Shown: in pieces, positions 8,045-17,259 of the stretch | Layout: every line of letters begins with the position of its first letter | How positions within the stretch are numbered: position 1 is the first letter of the stretch | Assembly (NCBI GenBank): GCA_027039295.1 | Contig: JALWEW010000058.1 | Span: 1 to 37,636, forward strand | Source of the DNA: Acidilobaceae archaeon | GTDB taxonomy: Archaea > Thermoproteota > Thermoprotei_A > Sulfolobales > Acidilobaceae | DNA: 37,636 nucleotides | Reading direction: 5' to 3' | Notes under the pieces: model-generated | The model's input: only the letters and a program-made list of their open reading frames with translations | The model's database searches: none | What the model was told of the DNA's origin: nothing | Made by a program: the position numbers and the translations under genes

Positions 8045-8401
8045 TTACTTCTTCCTAGCCGCCTTCCTGCGCCTACGCTGCGTAGCCTTCCTCTTCCTCC
8101 TCTCCTTCTCCGTCGTATCTATGGCGACGGCCTCCACGGGGGCCTTGACCTTCTCTAGGTAGATCGCCTTCGCCTCGCCCGGCCTCAGCCTCCCCTCGGC
8201 TAGGGCCTCGAGGATCTCGACGGCCTCCGTGAATGCGTCCAGTAACTCCGGGACTACCGGGTGGTACAGGCCCACCTCGGCCTCAACGCTCTCCTCTGCG
8301 GCTCCGGCCTCCTCCTCGGGCTTCTCCGGCTTCGCCAGCTCTACACCTCCAGGCTCCGCGATTATCTCCTCTTCCTCCGTCTCCTCGGACTCCAGGATCA
8401 A
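8045..8401 (-). CDS. Small protein with an acidic N-terminus and a basic C-tail; possible RNA polymerase subunit Rpo13
   Basis: Acidic N-terminus ([13 protein letters not shown]...), a central helical segment ([32 protein letters not shown]) and a basic tail ([20 protein letters not shown]). Start refined to TTG 8401, preceded by GGAGGTGG (8409-8416) 7 nt upstream. The ORF-track start at 8530 would overlap the ileS ATG and the shared TATA. Confidence 0.5.
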   Translation of the reverse strand: MILESEETEEEEIIAEPGGVELAKPEKPEEEAGAAEESVEAEVGLYHPVVPELLDAFTEAVEILEALAEGRLRPGEAKAIYLEKVKAPVEAVAIDTTEKERRKRKATQRRRRKAARKK

Positions 8402-8440
8402 TGCTGTTCCACCTCCTAGAGGGTGGCCTGTGGGCCCAGG

Positions 8441-8450
8441 ATTTAAAATA
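8441..8450. promoter_or_regulatory. TATA box (ATTTAAAATA) in the divergent Rpo13-like / ileS spacer
   Basis: A strong near-palindromic TATA, the only AT-rich element between TTG 8401 (minus) and ATG 8520 (plus). Confidence 0.5.
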
Positions 8451-8519
8451 GGTATTTCGAGGCGCTCACCCACACGCCTCCCCCTACTTGGGGGCGTGGG
8501 GTGCGCCTGGTTGCCTCCG

Positions 8520-11500
8520 ATGCGTGACACGCTCAGCAGGGAGCGCTACGACCAATTCGCCTTGGAGGAGTGGGTTAAGAGGTATTGGGAGGAGCATTCG
8601 ATATACAGGCTGGTCAAGGAGAAGAGCCTCAAGAGCAGCAGGAAGCTCTACTTCCTCGACGGTCCCCCCTACACGAGCGCTCCAACGATCCACGTGGGGA
8701 CCGCGTGGAACAAGGTGATCAAGGACACACTACTACGCTACTATAGGATGATGGGCTTTAACGTCTGGGACAGGCCCGGCTTCGACACGCATGGCTTACC
8801 CATAGAGGTTAAGATAGAGCAGAAGCTGGGGATCAAGAATAAGGGGGAGATAGTCGAGAAGGTGGGGGTAGCGCGCTTCGTAGAGGAGTGCAGGAGGTTC
8901 GCCGAGGAGAACATGCGGGGCCAGATGGAGAAGTTCAAGGAGCTAGGCGTCTTCATGGACTGGGATAACCCCTACGTTACCTTCAGGGACGAGTACATAG
9001 AGTCTGGCTGGTGGCTCATAAAGAAGGCGTGGGAGAGGGGCCTCCTAGAGCAGGACGTATACGTGGTCCACTGGTGCCCGAGGTGCCAGACTACTCTAGC
9101 TGACTACGAGGTATCCGAGTACAGGGTCCTGGAGGACCCCTCGATCTACGTGAAGTTCCCTGTGAAGGGCCGCGAGGGCGAGAGCCTCCTGATATGGACC
9201 ACCACTCCCTGGACCCTCCCAGCCAACGCCTTCGTGATGGCCCACCCGGACCTAACCTACGTGAGGGTGAGGGTCGGCGGGGAGGTGCTCATACTGGCGA
9301 AGGCCAGACTCGAGGCCGTTATGAGCGAGGCGGGGGTAAGGGAATATGAGGTGATCGAGGAGTTCCCTGGCCGCGACCTAGAGGGCCTCGAGTACCGGCA
9401 CCCCCTCGAGGGCCTTGTAGATGCTCAGAGGATCCTGGCCCCCTACCATAAGGTGGTAATGGCGCCCGAGGCCGTCACGCCCCACGAGGGCACCGGGCTG
9501 GTCCACTCTGCCCCCGGCCACGGCGATGTCGACTTCGAGGTGGGCAAGAGGCTTGGAGTACCGATAGTATCCCTCGTCGGCGACGACGGCCGAATGCTCC
9601 CCGAGGCCGGTAAGTACGCCGGCCTCTACTTCAGGGGGGAGGCCAATGAGAGGATAATAGAGGACCTAAGGAGGCTCGGGGCCCTCTTCCACGAGGGGAG
9701 GGTGAAGCACAGGTACCCCGTGTGCTGGAGGTGCAAGACCCCCCTACTGCTGAGGGCGACTAGGCAGTGGGTGATAAGGGTCTCCAAGCTCAGGGACGAG
9801 CTGATGAAGAGCGCCGAGAGCGTGGAGTGGATCCCCTCGTGGGCCAAGGAGAGGTTCATGCACCTGCTCAGGAACATCAGGGACTGGGTCATAAGCAGGC
9901 AGCGCTTCTGGGGCGTCCCACTCCCGATATGGGTCTGCGAGTCCTGTGGCTACAAGGTTGTCGTGGGCAGCGTCGAGGATCTCGAGAAGCTAGGCGGCAA
10001 GAGGCCCAAGGAGCTTCACAGGCCCTGGGTCGACGAGGTCACGCTCAGGTGCCCCAAGTGCGGGGGCGTCATGAGGAGGGTGCCGGACGTGGCCGACGTG
10101 TGGTTCGACAGCGGGATCTCCTTCTACGCCAGCCTCGGGTACCCGAGGAGGAGGGACCTCTGGGAGAGGCTCAGGCCGGTAGATTATATAGTAGAGGGGC
10201 ACGACCAGATCAGAGGGTGGTTCTTTAGCCTCCTCAGGAGCGGCGTGATCGGCTTCGGTGAGTCGCCCTACCGAAGGGTCCTGGTGCACGGCTTCGCCCT
10301 CGACGAGCAGGGCAGGGAGATGCACAAGAGCCTGGGTAACTACATAGACTTCGACGAGCTGATAAGCAGGATACCTAGGGACGTCGTGAGGCTCTGGACT
10401 ACAAGCAACACCGTCTGGGAGGACCTCCGCTTCTCCTGGCGCGGCATGGAGATGATGTGGAAGGACTTCACTGTGATCTGGAATGTCTTCTCCTTCGCGA
10501 GCATGTACATGGGTCTCGACGGCTTCGACCCCAAGAAACACAGCATAGAGAGCCTCCGGGATAGCCTCAGAGTCGAGGATAGATGGGTGATCTCGAGGGT
10601 TAACTCGTTCCTAAGAGAATACCACAAGGCAATGTCGGGCCTCCTAATACACGAGGCAGCCAGGGCCCTAAGGAGATTCATCCTGGAGGATGTCAGCCAC
10701 TGGTACCTCCGTCTCATAAGGCGCAGGGTCTGGACCGACGAGGAGACACCAGACAAGCTAGCGGCCTACACCACGCTCTACTATGTCCTCAGGAGATGGC
10801 TCCTGGCGGCGGCGCCCTTCATACCATTCTTCACCGAGTACGTGTATCAAAAGCTCTTCAGGGAAGCCGAGGAGGGCCCGGAGTCCGTCCACCTGCTAGA
10901 CATGCCGGAGGCTGACGTCAGCTTAATAGATGAGAGCCTAGAGGACGAGATGGAGAGGGTCAAGGCCGTCGTCGAGGCCGCGAGGGCCGCAAGGATGAAG
11001 GCCGGGCTCAAGCTCCGGAGGCCCGTCTCCCGGGTGATAGTTGTCACCGAGGACGAGAGGACCCGCAAGGCTGTGGAGGACCTATCAGACATAGTCAGGG
11101 GCGAGGCTAACGCTAGGGAGGTTGTGGTTGCTGGTAGGGAGTTCCTCGAGGAGGTACGAGTTTACAAGGTCGAGCCGAACTATAGGGAGATAGGGCCTGA
11201 GTACAAGAGGGATGCCCCCAAGGTCTACAGGCTCCTCGAGGAGAGGAGCGAGGAGGTCGCTAGGGCCCTAGTCTCGAGGGGCTTCTACGAGGCCGAGTAT
11301 GAGGGTGTGAAGGTCAGACTAGAGCCGAGGCACGTGAGGCTCCACGCCGAGTACCCAGAGTGGCTGAGCGTTGCTGAGGGCGAGGGCTTCACGGTGGCGG
11401 TCGACACTAGAGTGGGCCGCGAGGAGCTGCTGGAGGGCCTGGCGAGGGAGGTTGTTAGGAGGATCCAGTTCATGAGGAAGGAGGCTGGCCTGGATGTGAC

Positions 11501-11705
11501 CGACTACATCGAGGCGTGGATCTCGGGGGACAGTGAGATACTAGAGGCCGTGAGGGAGAAGCTCGACTACGTCTCGAGCGAGACGAGGGCCTCCACGATA
11601 AGATTCGATAAACCCCCGGCCACCGCCTATACTAGGGAGTGGGAGGTGGACGGGAAACGAGTACTGATAGGGATAAAGAGGGTAGGAGCCACCAGGTCTA
11701 CATAG
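8520..11705 (+). CDS. ileS: Isoleucyl-tRNA synthetase
   Basis: Class I motifs [17 protein letters not shown] and [10 protein letters not shown], Zn-binding CPRCQT / CWRCKT / CESCG / CPKCG, and the [11 protein letters not shown] editing-domain signature. Start refined from 8229 to ATG 8520 ([13 protein letters not shown]...), giving 1061 aa. Confidence 0.95.
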   Translation: MRDTLSRERYDQFALEEWVKRYWEEHSIYRLVKEKSLKSSRKLYFLDGPPYTSAPTIHVGTAWNKVIKDTLLRYYRMMGFNVWDRPGFDTHGLPIEVKIEQKLGIKNKGEIVEKVGVARFVEECRRFAEENMRGQMEKFKELGVFMDWDNPYVTFRDEYIESGWWLIKKAWERGLLEQDVYVVHWCPRCQTTLADYEVSEYRVLEDPSIYVKFPVKGREGESLLIWTTTPWTLPANAFVMAHPDLTYVRVRVGGEVLILAKARLEAVMSEAGVREYEVIEEFPGRDLEGLEYRHPLEGLVDAQRILAPYHKVVMAPEAVTPHEGTGLVHSAPGHGDVDFEVGKRLGVPIVSLVGDDGRMLPEAGKYAGLYFRGEANERIIEDLRRLGALFHEGRVKHRYPVCWRCKTPLLLRATRQWVIRVSKLRDELMKSAESVEWIPSWAKERFMHLLRNIRDWVISRQRFWGVPLPIWVCESCGYKVVVGSVEDLEKLGGKRPKELHRPWVDEVTLRCPKCGGVMRRVPDVADVWFDSGISFYASLGYPRRRDLWERLRPVDYIVEGHDQIRGWFFSLLRSGVIGFGESPYRRVLVHGFALDEQGREMHKSLGNYIDFDELISRIPRDVVRLWTTSNTVWEDLRFSWRGMEMMWKDFTVIWNVFSFASMYMGLDGFDPKKHSIESLRDSLRVEDRWVISRVNSFLREYHKAMSGLLIHEAARALRRFILEDVSHWYLRLIRRRVWTDEETPDKLAAYTTLYYVLRRWLLAAAPFIPFFTEYVYQKLFREAEEGPESVHLLDMPEADVSLIDESLEDEMERVKAVVEAARAARMKAGLKLRRPVSRVIVVTEDERTRKAVEDLSDIVRGEANAREVVVAGREFLEEVRVYKVEPNYREIGPEYKRDAPKVYRLLEERSEEVARALVSRGFYEAEYEGVKVRLEPRHVRLHAEYPEWLSVAEGEGFTVAVDTRVGREELLEGLAREVVRRIQFMRKEAGLDVTDYIEAWISGDSEILEAVREKLDYVSSETRASTIRFDKPPATAYTREWEVDGKRVLIGIKRVGATRST

Positions 11706-12406
11706 TATGGCCCAGCGACCTCCATAGACTCGGCTACTGCCCCCGGCTTCTATTCTTCGAGACCCACCTACCCCGGCGCCGGGGGCTCGGTGAGAGGCTC
11801 AGGCTCCTCCTTGGGAGGCTCTACCACGCGGTGCTCTCGCTGCCCCTACGCCTCAGGGGCTTCAGGGTAGAGGAGCCCCTCGAGGTCAGGCTGGGTAATG
11901 TGGTGCTTAGGGGGAGGAGCGACGCCCTAGCCCTCCGCGGCGGGGCCGTCCATGTCGTCGAGAGGAAGAGCGGCAGGGCGCCCCGCAGAGTGGCGTGGCC
12001 CAGCGACATCCTCCAGGCGGCGGCCTACGGCTTCATGGCGCTGAGGCTCGGCATGGCCTCGGACGCCCTCCTGGACATAAGGTATAGGGACGCCTCCTAC
12101 ACCTACAGGCTCGACAGCGAGACCGTCAGTGCAGTCCTCAGGGCCGTGGATGACGTTGTCGAGATAAAGTACTGGGGCATCGTCGGCTACCCCAGGAGGA
12201 GCCGGGGACGATGCTCCCGGTGCCCATACCGGGCTCTCTGCGAGTCCCTTGACAGGGAGCTCGCGCCCCCCGAGAAGGGCGAGGTCTACGAGCCCGGCGA
12301 GTGGCTGGCGAGGGAGCGCTTAAGCCCTCCAAGCGCCTCCGGGGCCACCCAGGGAGCCAGTGGAGATGGCGCATACCCATCCGGAGAGGGACCCCATAGA
12401 GGCTAA
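11639..12406 (+). CDS. Cas4-family (DUF83) PD-(D/E)xK 4Fe-4S exonuclease, solo (no cas/CRISPR context)
   Basis: N-terminal Cys (GYCPR, tgc 11738-11740), D (RSDAL, 11921), ExK (VERK, 11960-11968), QxxxY (QAAAY) and CX2CX5C ([10 protein letters not shown], 12212-12241). The only in-frame canonical start upstream of the conserved N-terminal Cys motif is GTG 11639, 67 nt inside ileS. Confidence 0.8.
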   Translation: MGGGRETSTDRDKEGRSHQVYIVWPSDLHRLGYCPRLLFFETHLPRRRGLGERLRLLLGRLYHAVLSLPLRLRGFRVEEPLEVRLGNVVLRGRSDALALRGGAVHVVERKSGRAPRRVAWPSDILQAAAYGFMALRLGMASDALLDIRYRDASYTYRLDSETVSAVLRAVDDVVEIKYWGIVGYPRRSRGRCSRCPYRALCESLDRELAPPEKGEVYEPGEWLARERLSPPSASGATQGASGDGAYPSGEGPHRG

Positions 12407-13307
12407 GGTAGCTGAGATATACGGCGATGTGGCCAGGCCCAGGGAGCCCGTTCGGAGCCCCAGCCTGGCCGTGAAGGTCTTAGAGAGGGAGTTCAGGCTC
12501 ATAGTCGACGAGAGGATAGTGGCCCTCACCTACGCCGCCTTCATGAATGGGAGGCCCGTCCTCTTCGAGGGCCCGCCCGGCACGGGTAAGACTGAGGTGG
12601 GCGAGGCCCTCCTCGAGCTCTGGGCTGGGAGGAAGCCCTTCCTGCTCCCCTGCAGTGAGAACTACGATGAGTACAAGGTCATAGGCGACTTCCACCCACT
12701 GATAGCGATGCGGAAGGGGTTCAACGAGGAGTCCTTCATCCCGCGTCCACTCCTCGCAGCGTTAATCCTCGACGCCGGCGTCCTCGTAGATGAGATTAGG
12801 AGGAGCAGCGAGGACTTCCAGAACATGCTACTAGACGTGGTTGATAAGCGCAGGATAATAGTGCCAGAGCTGAAGAGGGTCTTCAGGGCGAGGGGCCCCG
12901 GCTTCCAGGTCATATTCACGAGTAACCCCGAGGATATAGCGCAGAACGAGCTGAGCGATGCCTTCCTGAGGAGGGTCGTCAGGATACCCTTCGACTACCC
13001 CCCACGGGAGGTTGAGGCTAGAATCATAAGGCTGCGCAGCGACAGCGAGCCCAGGCTGGACTCCAACGTGATGAACCTGATCCTCGGCACACTGGAGAAG
13101 CTGAGGAGGTCGGGGCTCTCCCACAAGCCCGGGACCGCGGAGGCTGTAGCCTGGGCCAGGATGGCGCAGGCCCTAGCGAGGCTGAGGGGTAGGAGCGTCG
13201 TCTCCCTGGAGGACGCCTATGATGCCGCCATGGGCGTACTCGTGAAGCGCGTTGAGGACGAGGAAATCGTTGACTCCGTGCTGAGGGAGGAGTTCGGCCT
13301 TGCCTAG
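12360..13307 (+). CDS. MoxR-class AAA+ ATPase (CbbQ/NorQ/CoxD-like, AAA_5-type)
   Basis: Walker A GPPGTGKT (12570-12593), Walker B VLVDEIRRS followed by NMLLDVVDKRRI, and sensor region IFTSNPED. GTG 12360 or ATG 12366 lies inside the Cas4-like 3' end. Confidence 0.85.
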   Translation: MEMAHTHPERDPIEAKVAEIYGDVARPREPVRSPSLAVKVLEREFRLIVDERIVALTYAAFMNGRPVLFEGPPGTGKTEVGEALLELWAGRKPFLLPCSENYDEYKVIGDFHPLIAMRKGFNEESFIPRPLLAALILDAGVLVDEIRRSSEDFQNMLLDVVDKRRIIVPELKRVFRARGPGFQVIFTSNPEDIAQNELSDAFLRRVVRIPFDYPPREVEARIIRLRSDSEPRLDSNVMNLILGTLEKLRRSGLSHKPGTAEAVAWARMAQALARLRGRSVVSLEDAYDAAMGVLVKRVEDEEIVDSVLREEFGLA

Positions 13308-15291
13308 GTACAGCGTTGAAACAGTCATAGACCTGCTGCCGGGGCTGGCGGAGGCCCTCAGGCGCAGGGGGCTGAGAATAGGCACCAGCCAGCTCGTGGA
13401 GGCCGCGAGGCTCCTCAAGAGCTACTCCGCCCTGGAGGCCCGCGAGTACCTTGACGAGGAGGAGGTCTCGCTCGTGCTCGGGGCTGCCCTCTCGCTGAGG
13501 GGCGGTCACGCTGAGGCCCTCAGGGACGAGTTGAGGGGGCTACTTGTAGCAGCCAGGCTGGATGAGGCGGCCCGGGGGATCCAGGAGGAGATAAATGAGA
13601 GGCTCTCCGCGCTGGGCCTCAAACCCGGAGCCAGGGTCGTTAAGAAGAGGATCCTGGGCGGGGGGCCTAAGAGGAGGGAGAGGGTAGCCGCCTACCTCGA
13701 GCTGAAGAGGGTCGGGGTAATAAGAGGCCCCAGGGGGAGGGAGAGGGTAGCCGGGGCAGCTGAGATCTCAGTCATATCTAAGAGACTGGCGAGGCTGGGC
13801 TACCGGAGCATCGAGGACGCAGCGAGGGAGGCTGGCAGAGCGTGGGGCGAGGACGACATAATGCTCCACGCCGAGGCCAGGCTCGGCGCTGGCCGCGAAC
13901 TGGGAGACATGGACACCGACAGGCTCCTCAAGCTAGGGGAGGCGGCCCTCAGGAAGGGGGATCGCAGGCTCCTGAGGAGCGTTGCGGAGGAGCTTGGAAG
14001 GAGGATCCTGAGGGGCGAGAGGGTAGACTCCGAGAAGAGCCTCGAGATACTGCGGAGAGCCGGTGCCCTCAGCCCTGCCCACGAGCGCGCGCTGCTCCGC
14101 AGAGAGCCCGACTTAGTGGCGGCCTCCACCCTCCCGCCGAGGGAGCTGGCATCGCTCGCGGAGAGCCTTGGCGCCGAGAGGGGCGGCCTCCTCGTGTCGA
14201 AGGCCCTCAAGAGGCTAGGCATCGGGGCTGCGAGGGAACTCGTAGCCAACCTCGACCCCGCGCTCCTATGGGCAGTTAAGAAGCACCCCCTCCGGGGCCC
14301 CGAGGCCTCACTCGTGGACGCGGCGGCCAAGGCTTCTAGGAGCCTCAGGGAGGCCCTCCTCTACGCTGAGACAGGCGAGCCGGGTAGGGCTGACATGGCT
14401 AGGGACCTAGCCTCTAGGAGCCTGGAGGCCCTAGAGGCCCTGGGGGACCCGAGGCTCGGCAGGCTTAGCCGCGGCGAGGTCGAGGCGCTGGCGTCGATGG
14501 CCCTGGCTATAGTTGACGCCCTAGAGGCCCGGGGTCCGGAAAGCGTCGAGGGCCTAGCGGCTACCCTCAGGAGGCTGGGACTACCGAGGGCCCTCCAGGT
14601 CCTGAGGGGCCTCTACTCGAGGGTCACCCCCGAGGCTAGGGGGCTCGTCGCTAGGGCGGCCGCCTCCCTGCTCTACAGGTTCGCTTCACGCGAGGGCCTG
14701 AGGCTACTGCCGAGGAGGCTCACAGCCACGCACGGCCCGGGCAGGCTCGAAGTGCGCCACACGATCTACAGGCTCGGCAGGCTCGCCCAGGACCCCCTAG
14801 TCTTCAGGAGGAGGCTGAGGAGCCGGAGCATAGGCCTTGCCCTCGACGTGAGCGGGAGCATGATTGAGCATAGCGTGTGGGCCCTGAGCATAGCGGTCCT
14901 ATTCGCCTCCAACATAGATAGGCTGGTGCTCTTCTCAGCCGAGCCCACAGTCCTCGAGGGGCCCTTCACCCCCATCCAGCTGGCGGAGACCCTCCTATCC
15001 GCCAGGTTCGCCGGCTACACCGACATCGCCGGCGCCCTGGAGGCCCTCGGAGGCTCGAGGGGGGCGAGGAGGCTCGTGTTGGTGTCGGATCTCAAGCAAA
15101 CCCTCGAACCCGGCGACCCCGTGGCTGCGGCTGCGTCCCTGGTTAGGAGGGGCTTCAAGCTCCTCGCAATAACGCCGCCGCTCCACGACGCGGCCACGCG
15201 GAGGAGGCTCGAGGAGGTCGGGGTGAGGGTTAGGGTAGCGTATACCCCGAGGGACGCCGCGAGGGAGGTGCTAAGGAGCCTCCTGAGGTGA
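13300..15291 (+). CDS. von Willebrand factor A protein, CoxE/NorD-like, with a ~480-aa helical N-terminal region
   Basis: CoxE-like N-terminus (LAEALRRRGLRIGTSQLVEAARLL). The C-terminal vWA domain carries MIDAS DVSGSM (14845-14862), GYTDIAGAL and LVLVSD. TTG 13300 overlaps the MoxR stop by 8 nt. Confidence 0.8.
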   Translation: MPRYSVETVIDLLPGLAEALRRRGLRIGTSQLVEAARLLKSYSALEAREYLDEEEVSLVLGAALSLRGGHAEALRDELRGLLVAARLDEAARGIQEEINERLSALGLKPGARVVKKRILGGGPKRRERVAAYLELKRVGVIRGPRGRERVAGAAEISVISKRLARLGYRSIEDAAREAGRAWGEDDIMLHAEARLGAGRELGDMDTDRLLKLGEAALRKGDRRLLRSVAEELGRRILRGERVDSEKSLEILRRAGALSPAHERALLRREPDLVAASTLPPRELASLAESLGAERGGLLVSKALKRLGIGAARELVANLDPALLWAVKKHPLRGPEASLVDAAAKASRSLREALLYAETGEPGRADMARDLASRSLEALEALGDPRLGRLSRGEVEALASMALAIVDALEARGPESVEGLAATLRRLGLPRALQVLRGLYSRVTPEARGLVARAAASLLYRFASREGLRLLPRRLTATHGPGRLEVRHTIYRLGRLAQDPLVFRRRLRSRSIGLALDVSGSMIEHSVWALSIAVLFASNIDRLVLFSAEPTVLEGPFTPIQLAETLLSARFAGYTDIAGALEALGGSRGARRLVLVSDLKQTLEPGDPVAAAASLVRRGFKLLAITPPLHDAATRRRLEEVGVRVRVAYTPRDAAREVLRSLLR

Positions 15292-15300
15292 GGCTCCAAC

Positions 15301-15308
15301 AATAAAAG
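15301..15308 (+). promoter_or_regulatory. TATA box (AATAAAAG) of the ribosomal protein operon
   Basis: Lies 10 nt after the vWA stop. Its centre is ~28 nt upstream of GTG 15333, consistent with a leaderless S19 transcript. Confidence 0.5.
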
Positions 15309-15332
15309 CCCCTCGGGTGTCGCAGTGCCGGA

Positions 15333-15782
15333 GTGGGTGGGTGCTGGAGGGTGACGCTTGAAATCCCGCCAGAGTGGCGTAGGTTCCGCTACAGGGGTAG
15401 AAGCCTAGAGGAGCTAATGCAGATGTCTATCGAGGACCTAGCGAAGCTCATGCCGGCCAGGCAGAGGAGGAGCCTGCTGAGGGGGTTCACGCCGGCCCAG
15501 CGTAAGCTGCTGGCTAAGATCAGGAAGGTTAGGAGGAAGCTGGAGGAGGGCAAGCTGAAGAGGCCACCAGTCATAAGGACCCACGTGAGGGACATGATAG
15601 TCCTCCCCGAGATGGTTGGGCTCACGATAGCCGTATACAACGGCAAGGAGTTCGTGCCGGTCAGGATCACGCCTTGGATGATAGGCCACTATCTGGGAGA
15701 GTTCAGCCACACGACGAAGATCGTGCAGCACGGAGAGCCGGGCCTGAAGGCCACTAGGAGCAGCCTGCACATAGGCAAGTAG
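15333..15782 (+). CDS. rps19p: 30S ribosomal protein S19 (uS19)
   Basis: [19 protein letters not shown] and [27 protein letters not shown]. Alternative GTG start at 15351. Confidence 0.95.
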   Translation: MGGCWRVTLEIPPEWRRFRYRGRSLEELMQMSIEDLAKLMPARQRRSLLRGFTPAQRKLLAKIRKVRRKLEEGKLKRPPVIRTHVRDMIVLPEMVGLTIAVYNGKEFVPVRITPWMIGHYLGEFSHTTKIVQHGEPGLKATRSSLHIGK

Positions 15783-15795
15783 AGGTGAGGCCGCG

Positions 15796-16266
15796 ATGCC
15801 CCGCTGGGGTTACTCTGTGAAGTTCAGGGACGAGTCGAACATAGCGAAGGCTATGATGTGGGACGTCCCGGTGCACCCGAAGGTCATGAGGGAGGTGGCC
15901 GCCGCCATCAAGGGCATGAGGCTTGCTGAGGCCAAGGCGTTCCTGGAGAGGGTGATCGAGAAGAGGGAGGCGGTACCCTTCAGGAGAGCCCACGGCAAGC
16001 AGGCCCATAGGAGGGGCCTCGCCGACAAGTGGGGGTGGCCCATAGGCAGGTATCCCGTCAAGGCGGCCCGCTACATGCTGAAGCTCCTGAACAACGTGGA
16101 GGCCAACGCCGAATCCAAAGGCCTCGAGATCGAGAGGCTTAAGATAATACACGTAGCCGCCCACAAGGGCATAACGCTGAAGAGGTGGATGCCCAGGGCC
16201 TACGGTAGGGCCTCACCTAAGAACAGGGTGCACAGCCACGTGGAGGTAATAGTTAGGGAGGAGTAG
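15796..16266 (+). CDS. rpl22p: 50S ribosomal protein L22 (uL22)
   Basis: AKAMMWDVPVHPKVMREVAAAIKGMRLAEAKAFLERV. GAGGTGA Shine-Dalgarno 7 nt upstream of the ATG. Confidence 0.95.
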   Translation: MPRWGYSVKFRDESNIAKAMMWDVPVHPKVMREVAAAIKGMRLAEAKAFLERVIEKREAVPFRRAHGKQAHRRGLADKWGWPIGRYPVKAARYMLKLLNNVEANAESKGLEIERLKIIHVAAHKGITLKRWMPRAYGRASPKNRVHSHVEVIVREE

Positions 16267-16279
16267 GGGGTGCCTGTGG

Positions 16280-17029
16280 TTGGGTAGGGTCGAGAGGTTC
16301 TTCTTGAACCAGGGCTTCCTCCGCGCCAAGATAGATGAGTACCTCGCCGCTAACTTCTACATGGCTGGGTATAGTAGGGTCGAGATCATACCCATGGCGC
16401 TCGGCACGAGGATCCATATATACGCCGAGAGGCCCGCCCTCATCATAGGGCAGAGGGGCGCTACCATTAGGAGGCTCCAGCAGATATTCGAGAAGGTCTT
16501 TGGCATCGAGAACCCCCAGATAACCGTATCCCAGCCCGAGAACCCCGAGCTAGACGCTAGGGTCCAGGCCTTCAGGATAGCGAGGAGCATAGAGATGGGC
16601 TACCACTTCAGGAGGGTTGCCTTCACCGCCCTCCGCAGGATCATGAACGCCGGCGCCCTGGGAGCCGAGATCAAGATAAGCGGTAAGCTAAGGACTGAGA
16701 GGGCCCGCTTCGAGAAGTTCAGGGCAGGTAAGGTCTACAAGGCGGGCGAGAAGGTCGACGAGCTAGTTGACCGCGCCGTGGCTATAGCGAAGCTGCCCAA
16801 GGGCATCATAGGGGTCGAGGTCATAATAGCGAGGCCCGGCAAGCCGGGTGATTACATTAGGATAAAGAACCCCGAGGAGGTGGCGGATGAGCTACAGAGG
16901 CTACGCGAGGAGCTAGAGGCACGGGCGCCCGAGCGGCCCGAGATCGAGGAGCTAATAGAGGAGGCCGCCGGGGAGGAGGCTCCTGGAGCCGAGGAGGCGA
17001 CACAGGCGCCTGCCGGGGGTGAGGCTTGA
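16280..17029 (+). CDS. rps3p: 30S ribosomal protein S3 (uS3) with an acidic C-terminal tail
   Basis: KH domain IHIYAERPALIIGQRGATIRRLQ. TTG start. The last ~55 aa are Glu/Ala/Pro-rich. Confidence 0.95.
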   Translation: MGRVERFFLNQGFLRAKIDEYLAANFYMAGYSRVEIIPMALGTRIHIYAERPALIIGQRGATIRRLQQIFEKVFGIENPQITVSQPENPELDARVQAFRIARSIEMGYHFRRVAFTALRRIMNAGALGAEIKISGKLRTERARFEKFRAGKVYKAGEKVDELVDRAVAIAKLPKGIIGVEVIIARPGKPGDYIRIKNPEEVADELQRLREELEARAPERPEIEELIEEAAGEEAPGAEEATQAPAGGEA

Positions 17030-17259
17030 TGGGTAAGTACAGGGTCAGAGCCCGTGACATGAGGTCCATGAGCCCCGAGGAGAGGCTCAAGGCGCTCGAG
17101 GAGTGGCGGAGGGAGCTGATAACGCTCCGCTACCAGGCCGCTGCTGGTAGCCTTGAGAGCCCTGGGAAGCTCCGCGAGTATAGGAGGAACATAGCGCGTA
17201 TGCTCACGATAATGAGGGAGGAGGAGCTGGGCCTGCGCCGTGGAAGTGGAGAGTCTTGA
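17029..17259 (+). CDS. rpl29p: 50S ribosomal protein L29 (uL29)
   Basis: MSPEERLKALEEWRRELITLRYQAAAGSLESPGKLREYRRNIARMLT. ATG 17029 overlaps the S3 stop (TGATG). Confidence 0.93.
   Translation: MGKYRVRARDMRSMSPEERLKALEEWRRELITLRYQAAAGSLESPGKLREYRRNIARMLTIMREEELGLRRGSGES

Noticed and set aside
8229-8519. N-terminal 97-codon extension of the ileS ORF (ORF-track start 8229) and the 8233-8451 ORF
   Set aside because: Low-complexity Ser/Pro/Gly sequence antisense to the Rpo13-like gene, crossing the TATA box. Canonical IleRS homology begins at ATG 8520.
10317-10331. IleRS class I signature variants (HVGT instead of HIGH; EMHKS instead of KMSKS)
   Set aside because: The catalytically important second Lys and the Ser are retained. 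H-x-G-T followed by AWNK is, as far as I recall, common in archaeal IleRS. I cannot call it unusual without an alignment.
9626-11473. Several 60-180-aa ORFs in alternative frames and strands inside ileS
   Set aside because: They lie within a strongly supported essential gene, have Arg/Pro/Gly or Ser/Leu-rich composition, and show no motifs.
13800-14330. 176-aa minus and 145-aa plus ORFs inside the vWA gene
   Set aside because: Alternative-frame products of a repetitive Arg/Leu/Glu/Ala-coding region, typical of GC-rich shadow ORFs.
11639-15291. Idea that the Cas4-like/MoxR/vWA block is a recently inserted mobile island
   Set aside because: No flanking direct repeats, no integrase and no tRNA target were seen. 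Codon usage (AGG-Arg, G/C third positions) looks the same as in neighbouring housekeeping genes, and the block overlaps ileS translationally.
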